Source: an uncultured archaeon | GTDB taxonomy: Archaea; Nanobdellota; Nanobdellia; Pacearchaeales; GW2011-AR1 | Length of the DNA stretch: 64,000 bases | Direction: 5' to 3' | Assembly (NCBI GenBank): GCA_963845205.1 | Contig: CAWJRC010000004.1 | Location: forward strand, 105,040-169,039 | The notes under the pieces: generated by a model | Told to the model about the DNA's origin: nothing | What the model saw: only the letters and a program-made list of their open reading frames with translations | The model's database searches: none | Shown here: positions 19,679 through 28,907 of the stretch, in pieces | Layout of the letters: each line of letters opens with the position of its first letter | Numbering within the stretch: the stretch's first letter is position 1 | Made by a program: the position numbers and the translations under genes

Positions 19679-20105
19679 TAAATAAAATAAGAAAGGAGAT
19701 TTTTTAAAGTTTAATGGGGTATTTTTTTAATGGGTCTTTACGAAAAGATTAGAAAAGATTTTCCGGATAGGAAGGAAAGAGAAAGATTTTTACGCAGGCC
19801 ATCAGGAAGAATGTATCTTTCAGGGTTGTTATTGAACGAGATTAATAAAACTTTTAATAAATTCGAGAAGAATTTAGAGAAGTATCTAGATAAGAATTTT
19901 AGTTGTTAAGAATTATTTGTTTTTTATTCTGTTAACTTCCCTGAAATATTGCTGGGCAGTTATTTTATTGCTCATCCAAAGATCATAGTTCTGACTTAAT
20001 TCAATTTCATCGGAGTTATTTTTGTTTTCCATATATATTGATGCACTCTCAAGTTTATATATTCTTGGTTTTGTAACTACTATCCGATTAATAATATTTC
20101 AGAAT

Positions 20106-20774
20106 TCATTCGAACAATTTCTTTTGTTCTGCAACAGCGCATGCGTCTTTCCACGTACTCCATGTTTTTCTGAAAATTCCCTTATCCTCGTGACTTTTTG
20201 AATGGGTTTCAAGAAATTTGTATGTTTTGGGATCGGAGCAATATCCAGAACCTATTTCGCTTCCGAATTTTTCCTTTAATTTTTCCATTTCTTTTTCTCT
20301 TACACATTTCGCAAGAATTGAAGCTGCAGAAACAGCAGGATAGTTCACATCGGCCTTGTGTTCGCAGACAATTTCAAGATTGGATAGATTATTAATTTTG
20401 GTTTTCAAGAAATCTTTCCATTTTTCTATGCTAACAGAAGGGCAGTCAATTATTACTTTTATTTTTCCAAAACCCTTATTTATTTTATTTATTATCTCTG
20501 CCATTTTAACTGCTTCAAGAGCATTTAAGTTTATTCCGTCATGATTTTTACCATCAATTTCTTCGGGATAAGCAAGGACAGTTTCAAAAGTTTCCGCTGC
20601 CTCTTTTATTTTCTCTGCCAGATCTTCCCTTCTTTTCTGAGTTAATTGTTTTGAATCTTTAACACCAATTCTTTTGAATTTTCTTTCTGTTTCCTCGTCA
20701 ATTAAACATCCTGCCAGAACCATAGGACCTATAACCGGTCCTCTTCCTGCGTCATCTATTCCCAAAATTAACAT
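20106..20774 (-). CDS. rnhB: ribonuclease HII
   Basis: MLILGIDDAGRGPVIGPMVLAG; 222 aa. Confidence 0.9.
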   Translation of the reverse strand: MLILGIDDAGRGPVIGPMVLAGCLIDEETERKFKRIGVKDSKQLTQKRREDLAEKIKEAAETFETVLAYPEEIDGKNHDGINLNALEAVKMAEIINKINKGFGKIKVIIDCPSVSIEKWKDFLKTKINNLSNLEIVCEHKADVNYPAVSAASILAKCVREKEMEKLKEKFGSEIGSGYCSDPKTYKFLETHSKSHEDKGIFRKTWSTWKDACAVAEQKKLFE

Positions 20775-20869
20775 TAGAAATTTAAATCGTAAGTATTTTT
20801 AAGGATTGCTGTGATATTCAAGGAGACAATTAGTTAGTTTTAAAAGCAATTAGATTTTAGATTTTATAT

Positions 20870-20945
20870 AGCGGGGTGGAGCAGCCTGGAGTGCTCGTCG
20901 GGCCCATAACCCGAAGGTCGTGTGGTTCAAATCCCACCCCCGCTA
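20870..20945 (+). tRNA. tRNA-Met (CAT), initiator-like (A1:U72, three G:C pairs in anticodon stem)
   Basis: Acceptor agcgggg/ccccgct, D-arm gagc-agcctggagt-gctc, anticodon arm tcggg-ccCATaa-cccga, T-loop ttcaaat; T-stem pairing imperfect by eye. Confidence 0.7.
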
Positions 20946-20995
20946 CTATTCTTCAAATAATAATGTTTAAAAGTAATTAACTCTTCATTGTAATA

Positions 20996-22054
20996 ATGAA
21001 AGGGGGGACGTATGTTTTGTTAATTACCTTATTGGTAATCTTATTAATTGGAGGAGTATTTTTCTTTAGTTCTGGGAATACACAAAATATAATTTGGCCG
21101 GCAGGAGGATCTTTTAATACTAGCGGCAATGTCCTTATCACGGATCAATATAACAATAGGGTTATTGAAATCAATCCAGTTAACAATGAAATTGCATGGA
21201 GTTTTGGATCAGGAAATTCAAGTCTTTGCAATCCAGGACCAGACTCGGTAATTGGCCCAAATTGGGCTGAGAGATTGCCAAATGGACTTACGGTCATAGC
21301 GGGGACAGGAATTCCACAAGGTTCAGATCCTGCAATGCCAAATGGCTGTGCAGATAATAGAGTAATTGTTGTAGACAGAATTGGAAACATTGTATGGCAA
21401 TATGGACAAGCGAATGTAAGCGGCTCTGGCCCAAATGAGTTAAACACTCCTGTTTCAGTAATTCAATTACCAAACAGCGATTATCTTATTACAGATCAGG
21501 GGAATAACAGGATTATAGAAGTTAATAGTAATAAAAGCATTGTATGGTCTTATGGACCTTCTTCTGGAAATGGAGCCTTGAATAGTCCAAATAGCGCAGA
21601 GTTGTTAAGTAACGGCAATATACTTATTGCAGATGAGAATAATAACAGAATCATCGAAATTAACAAGTCGGGAAGCATAGTATGGGGATATAATACAAGT
21701 ATACAAGCTGCAGCATTTGCGAGCAGATTAACAAATGGAGATACTTTGATTACAGATTCAGGAAATGCGAGAATCTTTGAGGTTACCCCGCTTGGCAAGA
21801 TAGTTTTCCAATATTTTACTAATAATGTAACAGGTAGCAATTCAAATCCTCTTCCTACAAATGCGGTAATGTTCGGAGATGGGAATATAATGATTGCTGA
21901 CCAACTTAATAATAGGGTATTTGCAATAAATTCAACAGGTCAAAACATTTGGCAATATGGAATGACGAATGTATCCGGAAATGGACCAGATCAATTAAAT
22001 GGACCGTATACTGTCTTTGTAATTGGGGATTATACTGGCCAAACAGCACCTTAA
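20996..22054 (+). CDS. membrane-anchored six-bladed β-propeller (NHL-repeat-like) protein
   Basis: N-terminal TM; six ITDQxNNRIIEIN-type repeats. Confidence 0.55.
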   Translation: MKGGTYVLLITLLVILLIGGVFFFSSGNTQNIIWPAGGSFNTSGNVLITDQYNNRVIEINPVNNEIAWSFGSGNSSLCNPGPDSVIGPNWAERLPNGLTVIAGTGIPQGSDPAMPNGCADNRVIVVDRIGNIVWQYGQANVSGSGPNELNTPVSVIQLPNSDYLITDQGNNRIIEVNSNKSIVWSYGPSSGNGALNSPNSAELLSNGNILIADENNNRIIEINKSGSIVWGYNTSIQAAAFASRLTNGDTLITDSGNARIFEVTPLGKIVFQYFTNNVTGSNSNPLPTNAVMFGDGNIMIADQLNNRVFAINSTGQNIWQYGMTNVSGNGPDQLNGPYTVFVIGDYTGQTAP

Positions 22055-22115
22055 TTTTTCAATATTGAAATTTTTGACATAAATATTTTTAAAGTTTTTT
22101 TCTAACCATAAAGAG

Positions 22116-22931
22116 ATGATAAATTCTGCCGAACAAATTCCAACAATTATAGATAAACAGATTCATGCAGAGGAATTGAAATTGAGGATTTTAATGACTA
22201 ATGGTTGTAATCAAAAATGTTCTTTTTGTTTAAATGATTTTCAACCAAAGCCTGAAAATGGAAAAATGCAATTTCTTGATTTTAATATAGCAAAAACTGC
22301 AATAAAGCAATATGCTAATTCCTTTGAGGGGAAATATCCACTACAGGTTTATTTTAGCGGGGGAGAACCAACCCTGCATCCTGATTTAATTAGCTTAATA
22401 AAATTTGCAAAATCTTTTAATTGCAGAGTAACATTAAACACAAACGGAAGGTTCCCAAATTATTTAGAATCAAAATTAGTATCATTTTCTGATGTGATAC
22501 ATTTTGGAACATACAAAAAAAGCACTGAACATGCTGAAAAAGTTAGCAGAATGAAGGGGCTTATTCAATGCATTTACCCTTATATGGATGAATCTTTCAT
22601 AGAATTTTATTCTTCATATGATTTGCCTATAAAAGTATTCAGAGATTTTTATAGTATTCCTGATGAATATCCTGCCTTTGCCAAAGAAATGAAAAAAAAA
22701 TTTCCCAATGCTGACCTATCTTTCAGACATACAGGAATCCAGGAAAACCGCGGACCAGGATGCGATGGATGCAAAAAAACATGCGTTACATTAAAGGCTG
22801 CATGGATATTTCCTGATGGAGGTTCATCTCCCTGCCCCCAATTTTATAAACATCAGGAAGATTATCCGAAAAATCCCGAAGAATGGTCAAAATATTTTAA
22901 GGAAGTAGAATCCTTTCACAAAATAAATTAA
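22116..22931 (+). CDS. radical SAM domain protein
   Basis: GCNQKCSFC (Cx3Cx2C), GGEPTL; Cys-rich C-terminus. Confidence 0.65.
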   Translation: MINSAEQIPTIIDKQIHAEELKLRILMTNGCNQKCSFCLNDFQPKPENGKMQFLDFNIAKTAIKQYANSFEGKYPLQVYFSGGEPTLHPDLISLIKFAKSFNCRVTLNTNGRFPNYLESKLVSFSDVIHFGTYKKSTEHAEKVSRMKGLIQCIYPYMDESFIEFYSSYDLPIKVFRDFYSIPDEYPAFAKEMKKKFPNADLSFRHTGIQENRGPGCDGCKKTCVTLKAAWIFPDGGSSPCPQFYKHQEDYPKNPEEWSKYFKEVESFHKIN

Positions 22932-22963
22932 GATAGTAACCCGTTCAAGAGGAAAATTTTTGT

Positions 22964-23527
22964 TTAATACTTTTTCAATGCGCTTTTTTCAATTCTCAGA
23001 AGGAATATAGTTCCTATTAAAGATAAAATTCCAGCGAATATAAAAACAAGAGTAAAACTTGTTACTTCTACAAGCCATGCTCCAAGAACCGCGGTAACCG
23101 CTGATCCTGCGGTTATAGCAGCGTTATATAATGACCACTGAAATCCTTTTTGTCCCTTCTCAGAATATGAAACCCAAAAACTATTCCATGCAGGATAATC
23201 CATGCTTGCACCTATTCCATAAGCAAATTGCACAATAAGAAGGGTCCAAACATTTGTCGATAATAAATATCCAAAGGGAACCAATGCTATAATAAAAGAC
23301 CCCCAATGCAAAAGCCATAACCTATCTTTTGGATTAAATACCCAGGAGAAAAAAAGCGAAAAAATTGAACGTGTAAGTAACAAGACTGTTGTTGCCAAGC
23401 CTGCAAAAAAAATGCTACCTCCAATTAAATTATTATTGATATAAATAGAAAGTATTGATGAGACAAGACTGAACCCACTTAGTATAAAAAAGTCCGAGTA
23501 GGACAGCATCCTTAATACTTTGTTCAT
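22964..23527 (-). CDS. integral membrane protein
   Basis: several TM helices. Confidence 0.4.
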   Translation of the reverse strand: MNKVLRMLSYSDFFILSGFSLVSSILSIYINNNLIGGSIFFAGLATTVLLLTRSIFSLFFSWVFNPKDRLWLLHWGSFIIALVPFGYLLSTNVWTLLIVQFAYGIGASMDYPAWNSFWVSYSEKGQKGFQWSLYNAAITAGSAVTAVLGAWLVEVTSFTLVFIFAGILSLIGTIFLLRIEKSALKKY

Positions 23528-23644
23528 TTTTTCCTCTTTTTCCCTCTTTTTATAATAAATGAAATGGATATTTAAATTTTTTCAGAAATGAGGCATAAAG
23601 AAATAATTAAAAAGATTTGAAGTTTATTTTTTCTGTAAAGAGAA

Positions 23645-24025
23645 ATGAGAATAATAAAACAAAAAATAATTTTAAAGGCCAGCCCTCACGAGTTGTATGA
23701 AGCAATTTTAGATCCAAAAATACATTCACAGTTTACAGGTGCGAAGGCAACAAATAACAGAAAGATTGGAGGGAAGTTTACTGCATATGACGGCTATGCA
23801 TTCGGTAAAAATGTAAAACTTGAAAAAGATAAAAAAATTGTCCAAAGTTGGTCAACAACAGATTTTCCAGACACATTTACAGAGATTACATTCCAGTTTA
23901 ATAAAAAAGGGAATAAAACAGAATTGATATTCATCCAGACAGGAGTTCCTGAAAAGAATTATAAAGAAATTTCAGATGGCTGGAAAGAGTTCTATTGGAA
24001 ACCGCTAAAAAAAATATTTGGATAA
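23645..24025 (+). CDS. SRPBCC/AHSA1-like (activator of Hsp90 ATPase homolog) domain protein
   Basis: 126 aa with SRPBCC-like pattern (ILKASPHELYEAILDP...QSWST...TEITF...GWKEFYW). Confidence 0.5.
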   Translation: MRIIKQKIILKASPHELYEAILDPKIHSQFTGAKATNNRKIGGKFTAYDGYAFGKNVKLEKDKKIVQSWSTTDFPDTFTEITFQFNKKGNKTELIFIQTGVPEKNYKEISDGWKEFYWKPLKKIFG

Positions 24026-24046
24026 AGACAGAAATATTTATTCTGT

Positions 24047-24838
24047 TTATGAAGAGTAATTTAATTGTCCTCCGAAATCTTCAGGATGCTGGTCAATCAT
24101 TCCATGAGCCAACGTATCTGCATATGTTCCGACTTGAATATATGAGGTTTCTAATTTAACAAAATAAAGAGAGTAATTCTTTGTGTTAAAGGCATCTATA
24201 GTAGCTTTTACATCATTCATATGATCTGTTACCAATTGCAAGACTGTTTCAAAATCCAAGTCAGGAAAAGCATTTGCATTACTTGACCAAAATTCTGCAC
24301 ATGCAATTTCATATTTTTGCGCAGCAGCGCTGAATTGTGCATTCGCATTAGGGTTGTTGCTCTTTAAAGCAGCAGCATAATTAATGAAGATAGTGGTTTT
24401 ATTATTCCACAAACCAATAAACTGATTAGTAGCAGCCATCCCATATATGGGAATTAGAAGGGCCCCAATTTCATTTATATTATTTTTAAGTTGAGTCAGA
24501 GAAGCACTGTATTCTGCAGATGATCCTAAAGAACTACGCATGGTATCAATTAACAAGAAAGTATGCTCCTGCAGAAGATCATGCATTTTATTATCAAATA
24601 CATTTGCTTTATTTGTAGCAAGGGAAGTCAAATTACACTGCAAATTTTGATCTTCCAAACCGACATTAAGACTAGTGATCTGAGAGTTTAACGAGTTAGT
24701 TTTATATTGAAGGTTAATAAGAGAAAGACCAGCAAAAATCAAAACAGCTACCAAGATTATTGAGAATGTTATAAAAGTGATATGAAAAATTTTATCACTC
24801 CTTTGTTTTCTCTTTTCTGCGGTAGTTCTAGATGCCAT
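24047..24838 (-). CDS. N-terminally anchored coiled-coil/globular surface protein, paralogue of 45265..46029
   Basis: shared blocks HDLLQEHTFLLI..., GALL..IYG..., LWNNKT.IF..YA..., ...MLQLVT...NDVK...DA.N.KNY..YFV. Confidence 0.55.
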   Translation of the reverse strand: MASRTTAEKRKQRSDKIFHITFITFSIILVAVLIFAGLSLINLQYKTNSLNSQITSLNVGLEDQNLQCNLTSLATNKANVFDNKMHDLLQEHTFLLIDTMRSSLGSSAEYSASLTQLKNNINEIGALLIPIYGMAATNQFIGLWNNKTTIFINYAAALKSNNPNANAQFSAAAQKYEIACAEFWSSNANAFPDLDFETVLQLVTDHMNDVKATIDAFNTKNYSLYFVKLETSYIQVGTYADTLAHGMIDQHPEDFGGQLNYSS

Positions 24839-24875
24839 TCCCCTTTTTTATTGCAATATGTATTATGGAAAACAT

Positions 24876-24885
24876 ATTTATAAAT
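24876..24885 (-). promoter_or_regulatory. TATA-like box (tttataaat) upstream of 24047..24838
   Basis: archaeal TATA consensus ~40 nt upstream of start; similar box at 46091..46100 before the paralogue. Confidence 0.3.
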
Positions 24886-24929
24886 ATTATGACTATTGGT
24901 TTAGGATATAAATTAAATTAGAATAAATT

Positions 24930-25469
24930 TTAATTAGTAATTGTAAAATCAACTTCGCCTATAGTCTGGTTATTTAATGAAAATACTGCCCTGTAATTTC
25001 CATATCCTCCCCTTTGGACTAAAAGTTGAGTAAATGTATTTGATCCGTCTAGTACACCTGTTTCATATGTTGCTCCATCACGTGCAACTGTTATTTTATT
25101 TTCACCGACAAGTTTTCCTGAAGGACTGTAAATATCAAGCTTCTCTTGATCTCCAGTTTTATCAAAAGGATCGTAATCAACTAAAATTATAGGTTCACTA
25201 GCGCCAAAAACATTTTTCATTCCTACATAATCCTGAGGAAATATCTGGCTTCCATTAATATAATTGCAGGCAAAGAAATGTCTCTGGTTCATAGGTGAAG
25301 GTTGTTCAGGCTGATCAGAATCATCTTCTTCGACAGTATTTACTATAACAATATTAGTAGCTCTTACACCTTCATAATTACATCCAAATGTTCCTAATGC
25401 CAATGTACCAGCTAATCCGAGAGCTGCTACACCCTTTCCAACATTTTTGATTATTTTTTCCAATACCAT
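24930..25469 (-). CDS. small secreted/lipo-protein, member A of a 4-member paralogous family
   Basis: signal + Cys; shared GGYGNYRAVF...FTITN C-terminal motif with 42722..43204, 47349..47825, 51757..52167. Confidence 0.55.
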   Translation of the reverse strand: MVLEKIIKNVGKGVAALGLAGTLALGTFGCNYEGVRATNIVIVNTVEEDDSDQPEQPSPMNQRHFFACNYINGSQIFPQDYVGMKNVFGASEPIILVDYDPFDKTGDQEKLDIYSPSGKLVGENKITVARDGATYETGVLDGSNTFTQLLVQRGGYGNYRAVFSLNNQTIGEVDFTITN

Positions 25470-25490
25470 AAATAATCTATGGGAATGATA

Positions 25491-25499
25491 TTTATAAAT
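25491..25499 (-). promoter_or_regulatory. TATA box (tttataaat) 22-30 nt upstream of start codon at 25469
   Basis: archaeal TATA consensus at leaderless spacing. Confidence 0.4.
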
Positions 25500-25533
25500 C
25501 TTTCCATTTGTTACTACTTATAAGAAACAAATA

Positions 25534-25614
25534 CGCCCACAGCAGGAATCGAACCTGCGAGCCCCGAAGGGCGCGGATTAGCAATCCGCTGCAATACCAC
25601 TATGCGATGTGGGC
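25534..25614 (-). tRNA. tRNA-Ser (GCT)
   Basis: Reverse complement folds: acceptor gcccaca/tgtgggc, anticodon arm gcgga-ttGCTaa-tccgc, long variable arm gcccttcggggc, T-arm gcagg-ttcgatt-cctgc. Confidence 0.85.
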
Positions 25615-25667
25615 ATAGTTTTAGTTATTTACAATCATATTTAAATTTGATTATTTAGAAACAGAAG

Positions 25668-26258
25668 TCATTTAACTGCAACAAAAATATCCCTGCCTTT
25701 CTCTTTTGCTTCATATAATGCATTATCGACTCTTTCCTGAAATTTTTTCTTTGTGTCATTTTTTTTGAACTGAGTAATTCCGCCGCTTACAGTTAATTTA
25801 TATTTCTTTAAGAAAGCGTCGTTATGAACTGCTCTTCTAAGCCTTGCTGAAAATTTTTTGGCTTTTTCAAGATTTGTTGCCGGAAGAAGCATCATAAACT
25901 CTTCCCCCCCAAATCTAGCAGCAACATCTGATTTTCTGATTTGAATTTTTATTATGTCTGCCAATTTTTCAAGCAACTCATCTGCTTTTATATGCCCGTA
26001 TTTGTCATTTATTTTCTTGAAAAAATCTATATCAATCATAACAAGGGAAAGCTTTTGATGTCCTCTTTTTGCTTTTTCAATTTCCATCTCCAAAAAAGTT
26101 TCAAAAAATTTGTTGTTGTATAATCCTGTCTTTTCGTCATGGATTGCAGCATCATAAAGCATCGAAACAGATTCGTTTATTGAAGCGAACAGATCCTGAA
26201 TCTTTTTTCTGAATCTTGGATCAAGAGCAGAAAGCTTATCACCCAACTTTTTATCCAT
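25668..26258 (-). CDS. stand-alone GGDEF-domain diguanylate cyclase (intact GGEEF and RxxD I-site)
   Basis: LVMIDIDFFKKINDKYGH, RKSDVAARFGGEEF, TVSGGI, DNALYEAKEKGRD. Confidence 0.8.
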   Translation of the reverse strand: MDKKLGDKLSALDPRFRKKIQDLFASINESVSMLYDAAIHDEKTGLYNNKFFETFLEMEIEKAKRGHQKLSLVMIDIDFFKKINDKYGHIKADELLEKLADIIKIQIRKSDVAARFGGEEFMMLLPATNLEKAKKFSARLRRAVHNDAFLKKYKLTVSGGITQFKKNDTKKKFQERVDNALYEAKEKGRDIFVAVK

Positions 26259-26292
26259 TAATAATAAAAGAAATCAAATTATTTAAAAGTAA

Positions 26293-27084
26293 TTATTTAG
26301 AAATTTCGCTCGTTCTTCTTTTCTGAATATAAAATTTATCCAAGACTCCCATTGCCTGTTGGCGCTGCTCTGAATTCCCAAGCCCTTTCCAGTCAATAAG
26401 AAGCATGTCAATGTCTTCTTCTGTACCTGCAATTGCTTCCTGAACCATTTCTTCGGTCAAAGGAAAAACATACTGCGAGATTATATGAGAAATCGCAACA
26501 TTCGAATCCATCTGGATCTTGTTAAAGCTCGGGCAGTAATGCGGACCTCCTATTCCTATAGCAATTTCATTGTAAGGATTTTCCTTGAATTCGTTCATGA
26601 TCTCATAAATTGATTTAGCAACAATGTAAGCTGCTTTCCTGTCTTTCCATTCTTTTTCTGTTGCTCCAATCTCAACAAAAATACACGGCTTGTTTATTAA
26701 AGGACCGTGATGAGTGCATTCCAAGGTCAGATCATAATTTTTCAGGTGAAATTTATCTATGTTAAATTTCAATTTTTCAAATAACTGTTTCTGAAACAAG
26801 GCAGATGTTTTGCAGACTCTGCCGCTCTGGCCCCCGAATTTCGCATCCCGAAAATTTCCAGGAGCATGAATAGATATTGTTTTACCTCCTTCTTTTGAAA
26901 CATGCCTTGAAGCAAAAATTATAAAATCATGGGGATTTATTTTTTCAAGGTTAAGATTTTCTGTGAAAACTATCTCATTTTCAACCAGATAAAAATTAAA
27001 ATCCCCGAACTGGCTTAACTGAGTTGTAATATTTATCCCGGCTGTGTCAAGCTTGCTAGCTACAATTAAAAAATTATGATACAT
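26293..27084 (-). CDS. dtdA: archaeal-type D-aminoacyl-tRNA deacylase (DtdA/DTD2)
   Basis: FASRHVS, ISIHAPGNF, ECTHHGP, IGGPHY. Confidence 0.65.
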   Translation of the reverse strand: MYHNFLIVASKLDTAGINITTQLSQFGDFNFYLVENEIVFTENLNLEKINPHDFIIFASRHVSKEGGKTISIHAPGNFRDAKFGGQSGRVCKTSALFQKQLFEKLKFNIDKFHLKNYDLTLECTHHGPLINKPCIFVEIGATEKEWKDRKAAYIVAKSIYEIMNEFKENPYNEIAIGIGGPHYCPSFNKIQMDSNVAISHIISQYVFPLTEEMVQEAIAGTEEDIDMLLIDWKGLGNSEQRQQAMGVLDKFYIQKRRTSEISK

Positions 27085-27132
27085 TAGATTACATAGCAGG
27101 AGAAGATTTTAAATTTTAATGTGATAGAAAAG

Positions 27133-27732
27133 TTACATTCCGAGCATTGCATCATATTTTGAGTAAACTTCTTTAATCAACTCGCCTGATTTTGGATTAG
27201 CCCAATCATGCATCCATTCTGAAGTTAGCTGGACTAATGTGCAAGGAATAACTCCTGCCTGCAGCATTCTTTTTACTCCATATCTATGAGCATCTGGAAC
27301 AGAATCACCTGCAGCATCTATTAGTCCGTAAACATCATATCCTTCTTTTATTAAATGAAGCGCTGTAAAGGCAAAACACATGCTTGTCCATAAACCAGAG
27401 ACAACTATTTTCTTCCGTTTTGCTTTTTTTATCGCATTGAATGTTCCATCATCTTCAAGAGCATCAAAGCTAGGCATTTTCCTTGCGAATACTTCCTGAT
27501 TTGGAAAAAGAGCTCTTATTTCAGGAATTACATCCCCGTTTAATTTAGGGTTTATTGAAGATAAAACAACAGGAATGTTCAAAATACTAGCTGTTTTTGC
27601 TGCACCGACAGCAGCCATTTTTATAATCGTTCGGTCTCCAGAACCAACTCCACGAAACATTGCCGGCTGATAGTCTACAAGTAACAAAAGGCTATTCTTG
27701 TCCGTAAGAAGATTTAATGTTGAATTTGCCAT
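27133..27732 (-). CDS. isochorismatase-family cysteine hydrolase
   Basis: LLLVDYQ, VVSGLWTSMCF. Confidence 0.7.
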   Translation of the reverse strand: MANSTLNLLTDKNSLLLLVDYQPAMFRGVGSGDRTIIKMAAVGAAKTASILNIPVVLSSINPKLNGDVIPEIRALFPNQEVFARKMPSFDALEDDGTFNAIKKAKRKKIVVSGLWTSMCFAFTALHLIKEGYDVYGLIDAAGDSVPDAHRYGVKRMLQAGVIPCTLVQLTSEWMHDWANPKSGELIKEVYSKYDAMLGM

Positions 27733-27844
27733 GCCTCTTTTAATAATTTATTTAGGAAAAAAGAATTTTTAAACATTTTGTTTTAAAAAAATTTATATAA
27801 GAAAGATAAGCAAGGTATATAAATCTAAAAAAAATAAATTCAAC

Positions 27845-28207
27845 ATGGAAAATTCAAAGACAGAAAAAATAATTGATTCACTGAAAAAACAGGGAAGATT
27901 CAGATTAATCGGAGAAGAGTGCTATTATAATATTGACTCCAAACAAAATTCAGAAGAATCTTCACATGTGTGCTATTACAATTTATCTTTTGATAAAAAG
28001 GATTTAGTTAATCTGATAGAATCACCCCTTTCTTCTAAGAATAAAAAGGGAAAAGACTATGTAAATGGAAAGTATATTATTGAGTATATAGTCTGGGAAG
28101 ATGCCTGTCCAATGAAGGAAGGCGAGCCTGAAACAAGTTATGCAGGAATAAGATTATCATTAAACTTAAACGAAAAGATTCCGGATTTTTCTGCTGAGTA
28201 CGTTTAG
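27845..28207 (+). CDS. hypothetical protein
   Basis: 120-aa ORF. Confidence 0.35.
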   Translation: MENSKTEKIIDSLKKQGRFRLIGEECYYNIDSKQNSEESSHVCYYNLSFDKKDLVNLIESPLSSKNKKGKDYVNGKYIIEYIVWEDACPMKEGEPETSYAGIRLSLNLNEKIPDFSAEYV

Positions 28208-28242
28208 ATTAAATATAAAAATCTGATTTACTGATTCTTTTT

Positions 28243-28479
28243 ATGGAGCAGATATATCAATTATTTATAGGAGTTATTGTCCTTGCTCTTGGAATTCCTA
28301 TAGGAAACATGCTTGCAGAATCAACAAAGGAAGAGCTTTGCAGATTAAGAAAATGGCTCAACCTGATGGTTGTATCCTGTCTTCTCGCGGCGCTTGTTTT
28401 TTTACTTGTAGGGAATGATGTAATTCTTTTCACTCTTTTGTTTATGGCCATCGTGATAAGCAGATGCATAAAAAAATAA
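28243..28479 (+). CDS. small two-TM membrane protein
   Basis: 78 aa, two hydrophobic helices. Confidence 0.35.
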   Translation: MEQIYQLFIGVIVLALGIPIGNMLAESTKEELCRLRKWLNLMVVSCLLAALVFLLVGNDVILFTLLFMAIVISRCIKK

Positions 28480-28535
28480 CTCTATTGTGACTTTAAAGTA
28501 GTGATTAAAGAAAGATATTTAAAGAAAAGAGAGTT

Positions 28536-28889
28536 ATGCAATATATGAAAGTTGAAGAAATTGAAAAAGATTATAATGAATTAAGAAAAGAGATCAATTT
28601 TGAAGGCTATATAACCTGCAATGCAGAATCACTTGCGATAAAAGAAGGATTTCTTTCAAAAGACAAAAATTACTGGATTATAAAAACAGCAGCATTGCTG
28701 TGCAATAAAGGCGTAAAGGGAGCAAAAGAAATTATGGAATTAAAAAAATACGGTTCTCATGAGATTGCTGTAATTACAAACATAATAAAAGATGCCAGAA
28801 TAGAAAAACCAAAAACAAAAATTGAAAAAATTGTTATGGAAGCGATACATAAAAAACCTGAAACCAGCAGGGGATATAATTTTAAATAA
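28536..28889 (+). CDS. hypothetical protein
   Basis: 117-aa ORF. Confidence 0.35.
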   Translation: MQYMKVEEIEKDYNELRKEINFEGYITCNAESLAIKEGFLSKDKNYWIIKTAALLCNKGVKGAKEIMELKKYGSHEIAVITNIIKDARIEKPKTKIEKIVMEAIHKKPETSRGYNFK

Positions 28890-28907
28890 ATCTTTCTTAT
28901 CACTTTC

